This document shows positions 21,287 to 30,682 of a stretch of DNA of 64,000 nt, one piece after another. The position numbers were made by a program, and so were the translations under genes. This DNA comes from an uncultured delta proteobacterium (GTDB taxonomy: Bacteria; Desulfobacterota; Binatia; UBA9968), in the NCBI GenBank assembly GCA_963728565.1, contig CAVSLC010000005.1, forward strand, positions 64,001 through 128,000, read 5' to 3'. The notes beneath the pieces were generated by a model, which worked only from the letters and a program-made list of their open reading frames with translations, ran no database searches and was not told the origin of the DNA. Positions within the stretch are counted from its first letter, which is position 1. The number at the start of each line of letters is the position of its first letter.

Positions 21287-21529
21287 TCATGCGCCGGCAG
21301 GCTTCTTGACTGGCAATAGAAAGAGCAGACCCAAAGCCCATATACCAAAGATTAGCCCGCCGATGCTCCATGGCACCGTTCGCCTGCCGCTATGAGCCGC
21401 AATGACCGAACATAGAATTGCGTCCAGACTGTGAACCAGCGCTATTGTTCGGTAAAGCGAAGTGGCTTCCATATTGGGCTTGATAAAAAGAAGGCCGGAG
21501 AGATAGCCGAGGAGATAATAGAAATCCAT
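21287..21529 (-). CDS. small hypothetical membrane protein
   Basis: 80 aa from MDFYYLLG, with hydrophobic segments and W...GLIFGIWALGLLFLLP ending. Confidence 0.6.
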   Translation of the reverse strand: MDFYYLLGYLSGLLFIKPNMEATSLYRTIALVHSLDAILCSVIAAHSGRRTVPWSIGGLIFGIWALGLLFLLPVKKPAGA

Positions 21530-21595
21530 CAGTGACCCTTGACGCTTACTTCTTGCGCCTAATATACTCGGTCTTCGCAAAATTGAAATGTTATC

Positions 21596-22627
21596 ATGCG
21601 TGTAAAAACAATTGAGTGGAAAAATGATCAGGTGGTCATGCTCGATCAGCGGCTGCTGCCGCACAAAGAAATCAATCGTGTTTGCCGCGACTACAAAGAA
21701 GTAGCGGCCGCGATCAGCCAGATGGTCATTCGCGGGGCGCCCGCTATCGGTGTTGCTGCGGCAATGGGAGTCGCGCTGGGAGCCTTAAAGAGCAAAGCGA
21801 AAAATTTTGATGAAGACTTCGATGAGATCGTATCAACCCTGGCGAAAACTCGTCCGACGGCAGTCAATTTGTTTTGGGCGCTTGAACGCATGAAGAAGGT
21901 TTATCTAGAAAACCGTGACGGCGGAGTGGAAGCTGTCAAGCGGTCGCTTAAGATCGAAGCACAAAAAATCTATAAAGAGGACATCGCCGCTAACAAGAAA
22001 ATAGGCGGGTTTGGCGCCAAACTGTTGACCGATGCAAAACATGTTATGACCCACTGTAATGCCGGAGCTTTGGCGACCGCCGGCTACGGCACGGCACTGG
22101 GTGTGATCCGCGCGCTCAAAGAATCGGGCCAAAAATTCGAAGTTCTGGTCAATGAAACCCGCCCGTTTTTACAGGGCGCCAGACTTACGGCATGGGAGCT
22201 CAAGAAGGAAAAGATTGCCGCAACCTTGATTACCGACAACATGTCTGGATATCTGATGCAGACGGGGCGGGTCGATGCGGTAGTTGTCGGTTGCGATCGG
22301 ATTGCGGCCAATGGCGATGTAGCCAATAAGATCGGCACGTATACCATTGCAGTTCTGGCGCGGCGACACGGCATCCCGTTCTATGTCGCCGGACCGACTT
22401 CTTCGATCGATTTGAATTGCCCTACGGGGAAGGATATCCCGATCGAGCAGCGCGACCCCAAGGAAGTGTCGCACATGTTCGGCAGACCGCTTGCGCCTGA
22501 AGGCATGAATATCCTAAATCCCGCGTTTGATGTGACTTCACAAGAATTGATCTCAGCGATCATCACCGAGAAGGGAATCATTTATCCGCCGTATCGACAG
22601 AATATCGAAAACCATGTCAGACATTGA
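21596..22627 (+). CDS. mtnA: S-methyl-5-thioribose-1-phosphate isomerase
   Basis: LDQRLLP, IRGAPAIG, RPTAVNLFWA, THCNAGALAT, ETRPFLQGARLTAWEL, NKIGTY, NPAFDVT. Confidence 0.95.
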   Translation: MRVKTIEWKNDQVVMLDQRLLPHKEINRVCRDYKEVAAAISQMVIRGAPAIGVAAAMGVALGALKSKAKNFDEDFDEIVSTLAKTRPTAVNLFWALERMKKVYLENRDGGVEAVKRSLKIEAQKIYKEDIAANKKIGGFGAKLLTDAKHVMTHCNAGALATAGYGTALGVIRALKESGQKFEVLVNETRPFLQGARLTAWELKKEKIAATLITDNMSGYLMQTGRVDAVVVGCDRIAANGDVANKIGTYTIAVLARRHGIPFYVAGPTSSIDLNCPTGKDIPIEQRDPKEVSHMFGRPLAPEGMNILNPAFDVTSQELISAIITEKGIIYPPYRQNIENHVRH

Positions 22628-23957
22628 GAAAAAGGACCAGCTGGAAGAATACTTCCATGCGGCGGGCAAACCCCGCGAACGCTGGCGGGTCGGCACTGAG
22701 TACGAAAAAGTTGGCATCGATCGCAGCAGCGGCAAAGCCATTCCTTATTCTGGACCACGCGGCGTCGAGTCGATTCTGAAGAGACTGATCGACCGCTTTG
22801 GCTGGGAGCCGGAAGAACAGGATGGGCATATTATCGCGCTGAGCCGCGACAACGCGCAGATCACATTAGAGCCCGGCGGACAGATCGAGCTCAGCGGTGA
22901 ACCGTGCGACAGCATTCACTGCACCTATGCTGAATTCACTCAGCACATCCGCGAGCTGTTGGAGGTTTCGGAGCCTCTCGACGTTGTCTTCCTCGGATTG
23001 GGCATGCAACCGGTGAGCCGATTGGATGAGATCGAATGGGTGCCCAAAAAACGCTACCGGATCATGGGGCCCTATATGCCCAAAGTCGGCAGGCTAGGCC
23101 AGCGCATGATGAAGCAGACGGCGACTGTTCAAGCCAATATCGATTACCGTGACGAAAAAGATGCCATGGCAAAGTTTCGCACGGGCATGGGATTGACACC
23201 CATCTTTATTTCCATGTTCGCTAATTCGCCCATCTGCGATGGCCAGTTGAATGGCTACCGAAGTTATCGTGAGCATATCTGGACCGATACTGATAAAAGC
23301 CGATCCGGGATGCTAAAGTTCGCGTTCTCTCCGGACGTTTCTTTCGCGCACTATGTCGAATACGCGCTGGACGTACCGATGTATTTCATCGTCCGGAATA
23401 AGAACTACATCGACATGACTGGAACAACGTTTCGTCAATTCCTGGCGTACGGCTGGAATGGTGAGCGCGCGACCCTGGATGACTGGCATGATCATCTGAC
23501 GACGTTGTTCCCTGAAACCCGGATCAAGCGATATATTGAGGTGCGCTCCGCGGACAGCCAGCCGCCGGAACTGATGCCGGCCCTTTCGGCGATCGTCAAG
23601 GGTGCGTTCTACGAGTCCGACTGTTTAGATGCCGCTTGGGATCTGGTCAAGGACTGGACCTGGGATGAACGGATGCAGGTCTATCTCGATTCACATCGCG
23701 ACGCTCTAGCCGCGCGCATCAGGCGCTATTCACTCCTGGATTTGTCGAAGGAATTATTACAGATCGCCGTGGAAGGTCTGAGACGCCAGAAGATGTTCAA
23801 TGCGCTCGGAGAGGATGAGACTATCTACCTTGAACCGCTGGACAAACTCCTATCGCTGGGGAAATGTCCCGCCGATCTGCTTATTGAAAAATGGCAAGGC
23901 GAGTTGGATCAAGACATCCGGAAGTTAATTGCGTACAGCGCTTATCAACTCCCATAG
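22614..23957 (+). CDS. gshA: glutamate--cysteine ligase (GCS2 / plant-alphaproteobacterial type)
   Basis: VGTEYEK, ITLEPGGQIELSG, MMKQTATVQANID, FANSP, YALDVPMYF, HLTTLFPETRIKRYIEVRSAD. Confidence 0.88.
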   Translation: MSDIEKKDQLEEYFHAAGKPRERWRVGTEYEKVGIDRSSGKAIPYSGPRGVESILKRLIDRFGWEPEEQDGHIIALSRDNAQITLEPGGQIELSGEPCDSIHCTYAEFTQHIRELLEVSEPLDVVFLGLGMQPVSRLDEIEWVPKKRYRIMGPYMPKVGRLGQRMMKQTATVQANIDYRDEKDAMAKFRTGMGLTPIFISMFANSPICDGQLNGYRSYREHIWTDTDKSRSGMLKFAFSPDVSFAHYVEYALDVPMYFIVRNKNYIDMTGTTFRQFLAYGWNGERATLDDWHDHLTTLFPETRIKRYIEVRSADSQPPELMPALSAIVKGAFYESDCLDAAWDLVKDWTWDERMQVYLDSHRDALAARIRRYSLLDLSKELLQIAVEGLRRQKMFNALGEDETIYLEPLDKLLSLGKCPADLLIEKWQGELDQDIRKLIAYSAYQLP

Positions 23958-25036
23958 ACTTCATCGATCAGCCTGCTGTGATTGAGTGCGAGCAGTTGCC
24001 CGACGAGTTGGTTAGCCGGCGTGCCCCGCTGCTCCCGTAAACAGCGCATTTTAAGTTTACTGATACGCGCGGAACTTTCGTTGATTCTGGCCCGTAGCTG
24101 GGTATCCCGCCGCGCTTCACGGCAAAGCAGCTCAACGATGCCGGCGGCTTTTGTAAGATCATGACAATAAAGAAGCACGTTGACTCCGGCGCGCACGGAT
24201 GAAACAGCCGCTTCCTCGGTATCGAAGTTTCCGGTAATCGCTTTCATCTCCATATCATCGCTAAACACCAGTCCTTCATAGCCGAGCTCTTGGCGTAAGA
24301 CTCCGGTGACAATTCGGCTTGAGAGGGTCGCGGGAAATTCTTGGTCAAACGCCGGAAAAACCACATGAGCGGTCATCATGGCTTCGATTCGATTTCTGCA
24401 GGCATGGAGGAAAGGCATTAATTCGACTGCGCGCAGTTCGCTCAGTGATTTCGCTACCAGGGGAAGCTTTAGGTGCGAGTCTGTGTCCGTATTGCCGTGA
24501 CCAGGGAAATGCTTGCCGCATGGGATGATGCCGCCGCTGCGCAGGCCTTCGCTCCAGGCCAGCGCCATTACCGCTACGTGATCCGGTGTTATCCCGAAAG
24601 AGCGGTCGCCAATGATTGGGTTTTCGGCATTGGAATTAACATCCAACACTGGAGCAAAATTAAGATTGACGCCGAGCAGAGTAAGTTCCGCGGCGACAGC
24701 GCGCCCAACTCTAAAGGCGAGATCGGGGCTGCCCGTTTTGCCGACCAGCGTGGCGGATGGAAAATGGGTAAAAGGCCAAGGCAGGCGATGAACTCTGCCG
24801 CCTTCTTCATCGATCGCGATAAACGGAAGATTGCAAGTAGCTGTGGCAAGCGTGCGACACAAAGAATGAATTTGCGCTGGTTCGCAGCAATTGCGGCTAA
24901 AGAGAATAAAACCGCCGAAATTTAGGGACCGGCAGATCTTCAATTCGGACGTTGTCAGCTCACAACCGCCAATACCCACCATCAGCATCTGACCAACGTT
25001 GGTCTCCAGTTTTTTCACGATCACCAACTCTACCAT
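23945..25036 (-). CDS. nagZ: beta-N-acetylhexosaminidase (GH3)
   Basis: GGFILFSRN, IDEEGGRVHR, APVLDV, KHFPGHGNTDTDSH, SDDMEMKA. Confidence 0.93.
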   Translation of the reverse strand: MVELVIVKKLETNVGQMLMVGIGGCELTTSELKICRSLNFGGFILFSRNCCEPAQIHSLCRTLATATCNLPFIAIDEEGGRVHRLPWPFTHFPSATLVGKTGSPDLAFRVGRAVAAELTLLGVNLNFAPVLDVNSNAENPIIGDRSFGITPDHVAVMALAWSEGLRSGGIIPCGKHFPGHGNTDTDSHLKLPLVAKSLSELRAVELMPFLHACRNRIEAMMTAHVVFPAFDQEFPATLSSRIVTGVLRQELGYEGLVFSDDMEMKAITGNFDTEEAAVSSVRAGVNVLLYCHDLTKAAGIVELLCREARRDTQLRARINESSARISKLKMRCLREQRGTPANQLVGQLLALNHSRLIDEVYGS

Positions 25037-25081
25037 ACGGTGGACGATTTTTGATGGATTGTGTTATATTCGCAGACTTCC

Positions 25082-25723
25082 ATGAGCAATACCAAGTACA
25101 TTGTGGTCGAGGGACCAATCGGCGTGGGCAAGAGCAGCTTGGCCAAGATTCTCGCCAGTGAGTTTCAGGCTCGATCCCTGTTCGAGCGTATTGAAGACAA
25201 TCCGTTTTTGCCGAAATTTTATAAGGCGCGGCAAACCTACGCGTTTCAAAATCAGACCTTTTTCTTGCTCAACCGTTATCAGCAACAGATGGAGTTAAGT
25301 CAGCAGGATCTCTTTAACCAGAATATTATCGCCGACTATTTGTTTGCAAAAGATAGAATTTTCGCGACTCTGACGTTGAGCGTCGAAGAATTGAACCTGT
25401 ACCAGCAAATCTATTCTCTTTTGAATGCCCGGGTGCCTAAACCCGATCTGGTGGTCTACCTGCAGGCCCGTCCCGAAGTACTTTACAAGAGAGTTAAAAA
25501 AAGGGATAAAAAATATGAACGCGGCGTAACTTTCGAATACCTGAACGAGGTAGCTCAGGCTTATAACCAGTTTTTTTTCCATTATGACGAAACGCCACTG
25601 TTGGTGGTGAACACGTCAAAGATTGATTTCGTTGAGAGCAGCAAGGATTTGGCTGACTTGATCAAGGAAATCAACAATATGGGTTCGGGTACGCAGCACT
25701 TTATACCGCTTGGATCCAGATAA
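25082..25723 (+). CDS. deoxynucleoside kinase family protein
   Basis: EGPIGVGKS P-loop, NPFLPKFY, FLLNRYQQ, DYLFAKDRIFA, PDLVVYL. Confidence 0.9.
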   Translation: MSNTKYIVVEGPIGVGKSSLAKILASEFQARSLFERIEDNPFLPKFYKARQTYAFQNQTFFLLNRYQQQMELSQQDLFNQNIIADYLFAKDRIFATLTLSVEELNLYQQIYSLLNARVPKPDLVVYLQARPEVLYKRVKKRDKKYERGVTFEYLNEVAQAYNQFFFHYDETPLLVVNTSKIDFVESSKDLADLIKEINNMGSGTQHFIPLGSR

Positions 25724-25764
25724 TTGGACTGAGACGGATGCCAACATTGAGTAGCGATTTGCGG

Positions 25765-25828
25765 AGAGCCTTCTAACAGGTTCTTCGATCCTATTGGCCT
25801 TCCGGCTTGTCTGGGGGGCTTTTTTTTT
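25765..25828 (+). promoter_or_regulatory. terminator-like stem + U9 directly upstream of panB (candidate pan-motif attenuator)
   Basis: AGAGCCTTCTAACAGGTT pairs with GGCTTGTCTGGGGGGCTTT (one bulge, G-U pairs); T9 at 25820-25828 ends 16 nt before the panB ATG. Confidence 0.6.
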
Positions 25829-25844
25829 GCGGGAGGGTAGCCGG

Positions 25845-26648
25845 ATGGCGGAAAAGGTCACTGTGCCGGGCATTGTCAAGATGAAGCGAGAAGGAAAAAA
25901 AATTACTTCCCTTACGGCTTACGACTACTCGCTTGCGCGAATCCTCGATAATGCTGGCGTGGACGTTATATTGGTGGGGGACTCTGTCGGCAGTGTTGTT
26001 CAAGGGCAACCCAATACTTTAACGGTGACAATGGATGAGATGATTTATCATACGCGTATCGTAGCGCGGGGTTGCAAGCGCGCTCTTGTCGTCGGCGACA
26101 TGCCGTTTTTATCCTTTCAAGTTGGCAGGGAACAAGCGCTGCGCAATGCCGGACGATTCCTTCAAGAAGCTGGCGCGGAAGCAATCAAGCTTGAAGGCGG
26201 AGTAAGCATGAGCGACACCATCGCAGCCATCGTTAACGCCGGAATTCCAGTAATGGGACACGTCGGGTTGACACCCCAGTCGGTGCATCAGTTCGGCGGC
26301 TACAAGATCCAGGGTCGTGAAAAAGGACAACACGAGATCATTATGCGGGATGCTTTGGCCGTTCAAGAGGCGGGTGCCTTTGCCATTGTAGTTGAAGGAG
26401 TTCCAACGGCTCTTGCTAAGGAAATAACGGAACGTATAAGCATTCCAACGATTGGCATCGGCGCCGGTATTCACTGCGACGGACAGGTTCTAGTACTGCA
26501 TGACATGCTTGGTCTGTTCGACGATTTCACCCCCAAGTTCGTCAAGCGCTATGCCGACATCAAAGGGTCGGTGGCTGCCGCGGTAAAGGATTTCGTCGAT
26601 GAAGTTCGGGAGCGTAAATTTCCTGGTGAGGAACATTCATTCAAGTGA
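25845..26648 (+). CDS. panB: 3-methyl-2-oxobutanoate hydroxymethyltransferase
   Basis: LTAYDY, LVGDS, DMPFLSF, IKLEGG, GHVGLTPQS, IGIGAG..CDGQVLV.HD. Confidence 0.96.
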   Translation: MAEKVTVPGIVKMKREGKKITSLTAYDYSLARILDNAGVDVILVGDSVGSVVQGQPNTLTVTMDEMIYHTRIVARGCKRALVVGDMPFLSFQVGREQALRNAGRFLQEAGAEAIKLEGGVSMSDTIAAIVNAGIPVMGHVGLTPQSVHQFGGYKIQGREKGQHEIIMRDALAVQEAGAFAIVVEGVPTALAKEITERISIPTIGIGAGIHCDGQVLVLHDMLGLFDDFTPKFVKRYADIKGSVAAAVKDFVDEVRERKFPGEEHSFK

Positions 26649-26696
26649 AGACTGACTAAGCCGTGCATGAGGGATTTCGCGACGGACCGTTATTGA

Positions 26697-27554
26697 ATGC
26701 GTATAATCCGGAACACTACAGAGATGGCCGATTGGAGCCAAGCTGAGCGGCAGCAAGGCCAGCGCATTGCTTTTGTGGCGACAATGGGCGCTCTTCATCA
26801 AGGGCACTTGAGCCTGGTGCGTGAGGCCAAGAGAAGAGGAAGTCGGATCGTGGTCTCGATTTTTGTTAATCCGACGCAGTTTGCTCCGGCTGAGGATTTC
26901 GCCGCTTATCCTCGAAACTTCGTCCGTGATCGCGGTTTGCTCGAGACAGAAGGAGTAGATGTACTCTTCCACCCGGCGGCTGAAGACATCTACCCTCCGG
27001 GCAATCAAACGCACGTTGAAGTCAAAGAGCTTAGCAATTTCTTATGCGGAGCGAGGCGGCCGGGTCACTTCCTGGGGGTCGCTACTGTTGTGACCAAGCT
27101 TTTCAATCTCGTTCGCCCGGACGCGGCTATTTTTGGAGAGAAGGATTACCAGCAACTGCAGATCATTAGACGGTTGGTGCGCGATCTGTTTTTGGACGTT
27201 GAAATTGTCGCCCATCCGATTGTGCGTGAAAGCGACGGAGTTGCCATGAGCTCGCGCAACGCATACCTTAATGCCGACGAAAGAAAGGCGGCGCGCTGTT
27301 TGTCGCGTTCGCTGGACTGGGCGGAATGCTTGGTCCGCCAGGGTGAGACTTCGGCGAAAGCCATTGCCGAAGCGATCATTGCGGAACTGCACAATGAACC
27401 GTTGGCGGTGGTCGAGTATGTTACCGTTAGCGATGTCGAAACCTTAGAACCGCTCGAGCAAATTCGACAGTCGGCGCTTCTAGCGTTGTCCGTTACCATC
27501 GGTCAAGCGCGCCTTATCGACAATAAAGTTCTGCTGCGATCTTCAGGAGAATAG
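26697..27554 (+). CDS. panC: pantoate--beta-alanine ligase
   Basis: TMGALHQGH, SIFVNPTQF, RPGHF.GV, FGEKDYQQ, AMSSRN, RLIDN. Confidence 0.96.
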   Translation: MRIIRNTTEMADWSQAERQQGQRIAFVATMGALHQGHLSLVREAKRRGSRIVVSIFVNPTQFAPAEDFAAYPRNFVRDRGLLETEGVDVLFHPAAEDIYPPGNQTHVEVKELSNFLCGARRPGHFLGVATVVTKLFNLVRPDAAIFGEKDYQQLQIIRRLVRDLFLDVEIVAHPIVRESDGVAMSSRNAYLNADERKAARCLSRSLDWAECLVRQGETSAKAIAEAIIAELHNEPLAVVEYVTVSDVETLEPLEQIRQSALLALSVTIGQARLIDNKVLLRSSGE

Positions 27555-28208
27555 GTGGGGACAGAGGTGCCAGTCAAGACTAGAGTACGGCTGCGAGAGA
27601 ACTTTCAACGTTATTTTCTCGCCGGGCTGCTGGTGTTTTTGCCGGTAGTGATCACGCTATGGTTTCTCGGATGGGTTATTGGTCTCTTAGATGGACTGCT
27701 TGATGTCTTACCGGCTGGTGTCCATCCCCAAACCTATTTGCCTTTTGCAATCCCCGGATTGGGCGCGCTGGTCACGGTGACGTTGATTTTATTTCTCGGG
27801 ATTCTTACACGAGGCGTGGCGACTCGGCGATTTCTCGCGGCCTGGGAGAATATTTTCGTAAAGATCCCGATTTTCCGTGGTGTCTATACCGCTGTCCAGA
27901 AACTTGTCCAAACGTTTTTGGGGCAATCAGAGAACTCCCGCCAGGTAGTCATGATCGAGTATCCACGCAAGGGGATCTATACTGTGGGGTTTGCTATGGG
28001 CCGAGCATGGCGTGAGCTTGAAAATAAGCAAGATGCTCAGCTTGTCAACGTCTTCGTTCCGACAACCCCTAATCCGACTTCGGGATTTTACCTTCTTGTG
28101 CCAACAGCGGAGATTTCCCCGCTCGACATGACGATGGAAGAAGCCCTTAAGCTCATAACTTCTGGCGGCTTGATTACTCCAGACGACAAGAGCAGGCGTC
28201 GTGGCTAA
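27555..28208 (+). CDS. DUF502 family membrane protein
   Basis: FLAGLLVFLP, IPGLG, VMIEYPRKG, VFVPTTPNPTSG, MTMEEALKLITSGG. Confidence 0.88.
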   Translation: MGTEVPVKTRVRLRENFQRYFLAGLLVFLPVVITLWFLGWVIGLLDGLLDVLPAGVHPQTYLPFAIPGLGALVTVTLILFLGILTRGVATRRFLAAWENIFVKIPIFRGVYTAVQKLVQTFLGQSENSRQVVMIEYPRKGIYTVGFAMGRAWRELENKQDAQLVNVFVPTTPNPTSGFYLLVPTAEISPLDMTMEEALKLITSGGLITPDDKSRRRG

Positions 28209-28680
28209 GGAAAAGGCGACGGGCGAACAGAATGTTTGTATTAACCGGCAGGCCCGGCACAACTATTTTATAGAGGAGACCTATGAGGCCGGTCTGATGT
28301 TGCTGGGCAGCGAGGTGAAGTCCCTGCGCGACGGCAAGGCGAACCTGACGGACAGTTACGCGCGCATTCAGAAGGGCGAAGCCTTCTTGGTCAATGCTCA
28401 TGTCAGCCATTACCCGGGAGCTAACCAGTTCAATCACGAGCCGACGCGGACCCGCAAGCTGCTTCTACACGCGCGCGAAATAGAGAGACTCACCGGCAAA
28501 ACGAAGGAACGAGGCTTGACGCTGGTGCCGTTGAGATTATATTTCAAGAACGGCAAGGCGAAAGTCGAACTAGGACTGGCGCGGGGCAAAAAGCTCTACG
28601 ATAAGCGCGAAACATTGCGCCGCAAAGTTGTTGAACGTGAAATTGAGCGTTCCTTAAGACAAAAAAGTAAGTCCAGATAG
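28201..28680 (+). CDS. smpB: SsrA-binding protein
   Basis: NRQARHNY, EAGL.L.GSEVKSLR, RTRKLLLH, GKKLYDKRE. Confidence 0.97.
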   Translation: MAKEKATGEQNVCINRQARHNYFIEETYEAGLMLLGSEVKSLRDGKANLTDSYARIQKGEAFLVNAHVSHYPGANQFNHEPTRTRKLLLHAREIERLTGKTKERGLTLVPLRLYFKNGKAKVELGLARGKKLYDKRETLRRKVVEREIERSLRQKSKSR

Positions 28681-28742
28681 AGAGCTGACGTTCCTGGACT
28701 GGCCCTCGCAACCGCCTGCCGAAAGCGGTAACATGATCACAT

Positions 28743-29093
28743 GGGGGCGATGTGGGTTCGACGGGGGTGGGAAGTCAAAGTGGCATGCCGGGGTACTGTT
28801 GTCCCGTTAAACAAACAGACTGCAATTTAAACGCAGATAATTTCGAATACCAACTAGCTGCCTAACCGCAGTTAGCGTCCTACCGATCTTCTCCCACGAG
28901 ATCGGATAGGATGTCATTCAGTGGGATGGGCCGATTTCTCTGCCGGAGGGGATGAGGCTGAGATCTAAACCGGATGGCCCTTCGAAATCCTGCCGTTGGG
29001 AGTTCCAAGGGTGACACTAGAACATCGGCTAAGCATGTAGTCGCGGAGATGGAAGACCTTCGGACGGGGGTTCGATTCCCCCCGCCTCCACCA
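28743..29093 (+). ncRNA. ssrA: tmRNA; tag peptide (A)ADNFEYQLAA*
   Basis: 5' GGGGGCGA..GGTTCGAC, 3' T-arm and acceptor GGGGGTTCGATTCCCCCCGCCTCCACCA; tag ORF GCAGATAATTTCGAATACCAACTAGCTGCCTAA (28833-28865); follows smpB. Confidence 0.96.
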
Positions 29094-29164
29094 ATCATGG
29101 TTCCAGGACCAATCGCGGGAATCAAAGCACGCTGAGCTGTTGGGGGGTATTGCGTCGGATTGAA

Positions 29165-29397
29165 CCCAGATTCCGCAGTTGCGGTTGGGATAGGAAGCGC
29201 GAGGCAGAACCCTTGCGCCGCGCATTCGATGGGTTTGTGCCTTTGAGCAGTAGCGGTGCTTCGAGGGATTGTGAAAGCCCCATAGCAACGTCGTGCGAGA
29301 TTCGCAAAATAGCTTTGAGACTTCACAGCCGGACGCCTTCGCTGCTCTAGGATTCCACCTCGCTTCCGGCATTTTTGGTTCGACTGCGGAATCCGGG
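29165..29397. mobile_element. MITE copy 1 (233 bp, non-autonomous)
   Basis: Terminal IRs CCCAGATTCCGCAGTTG / CGACTGCGGAATCCGGG (15/17), flanked by direct repeat TTGAA (29160-64, 29398-402); homologous in inverted orientation to 50650-50889. Confidence 0.85.
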
Positions 29398-29800
29398 TTG
29401 AAAGCCGCGGTGCCTAGAAACGGAAACCGCCCACCGGGCGATGCAGAACTGCGGGCAGGTATAGCGATATGGGGTCGCAACCGACGGGGCGGTGCGGGAC
29501 CCAAGTGGCGCTCTGCCTCCACCGACGGTCAGTTTATCCGAACATTGTGGAGTCGCTCAAGCGGAGCATGGATCGGTTGCCACCCCGCAGCCGCACCGAC
29601 AGTGCACGCACACACATCAAAGAACCTCTAAAGCCACAAGCTTAGCCGGCCTTGACCTGGCCAGACCAAGTTTCGCCGTCAGATACCTGATGAATGCGGA
29701 TCACTTCGTCACAACCTAAGTACCGTCATAGGAGAGCCAACTCGAGTGATAACGGTCTTGTCTATGCCCCTTTTTGCCGCCTAAAACAAAATGCAGCCTG

Positions 29801-30670
29801 TCATTTGTCTCTTCCGTTCACTTCACCGCCACTTCTTTCGACTAATGCGAATCTTATCTTGCATTTCACGCCAGCGAGAATCCGGTGATTTGGATTCGGT
29901 AAATTAAGCCTAACGCGAAATGTGCCGCTTGCAGGATCGACGACTCGATCGACGATTGCGACCCGCACCTCGTGGGAAGAATGTGCAGGTGCCTCAAGGC
30001 TGATTTTGGCAGGCGTTCCCACCTCGACTTTGTTTCGCAATGAAACCGGCGCAAAAACTTCGACTCGTAGAGGATCGATCTGCGCAATTTTAACTATAGG
30101 CGAGTCGTTCTTGAACTGCCCGGAAACGAACTCCCCGGCCGACAGGAAACGCTCCACGACCACTCCGGTAATGGGGCTGCGGATGATATTTCGCGACAGC
30201 GCCACGTTTGCACGCTCCAGTTCGAGACTGGCAAGGCGCTGGTTGTCCATGGCACTGACGAGAGCCATTTCGGCGAGCTGCTTTTCCGTTTGCGCCTCTT
30301 GCAAGTCTGCGAGAGCGATAAGGTCGCGTTGGTACAATTTCTCTGCCCGGGCAAGCTTCAATGAGCTATATGTCAATCTCGCTTCTCCGGATTTGATCGC
30401 CGCTTCAACCGTCGCGCGGGCGCGCGCAACGGTTACGTTGGCGCTTTCCAGGCTCGAGTCTAGCTGAGCCACGATTTGGCCTTTTTTTACGAAAGCCCCT
30501 CGGTCCACATATACTTTCTCTAAGACGCCCTCGATAGGACTGCTGAGATGCACGACTTCCTGGGGAGCGACCAAGCAATCGAGGTTTCCGTCTTTTTCTG
30601 TCGTGTCGCCGCGGCCCAGCTGGCCGGACAACCAGAACATCGCCGCAAAGATCAACGTTCTCTTACGCAT
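29801..30670 (-). CDS. periplasmic adaptor (membrane fusion protein, RND/HlyD type)
   Basis: N-terminal hydrophobic signal; lipoyl-like halves SSPIEGVL..V.V..G..VKKGQ and IRSPITGVV; helical hairpin; VDPASGTFRVR. Confidence 0.88.
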   Translation of the reverse strand: MRKRTLIFAAMFWLSGQLGRGDTTEKDGNLDCLVAPQEVVHLSSPIEGVLEKVYVDRGAFVKKGQIVAQLDSSLESANVTVARARATVEAAIKSGEARLTYSSLKLARAEKLYQRDLIALADLQEAQTEKQLAEMALVSAMDNQRLASLELERANVALSRNIIRSPITGVVVERFLSAGEFVSGQFKNDSPIVKIAQIDPLRVEVFAPVSLRNKVEVGTPAKISLEAPAHSSHEVRVAIVDRVVDPASGTFRVRLNLPNPNHRILAGVKCKIRFALVERSGGEVNGRDK

Positions 30671-30682
30671 TTGTTCCTCCGG

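Noticed and set aside
28880-29631. ORFs of 112-185 aa overlapping tmRNA and MITE copy 1
   Set aside because: They overlap a structural RNA and a non-coding repeat; no transposase or integrase motifs.
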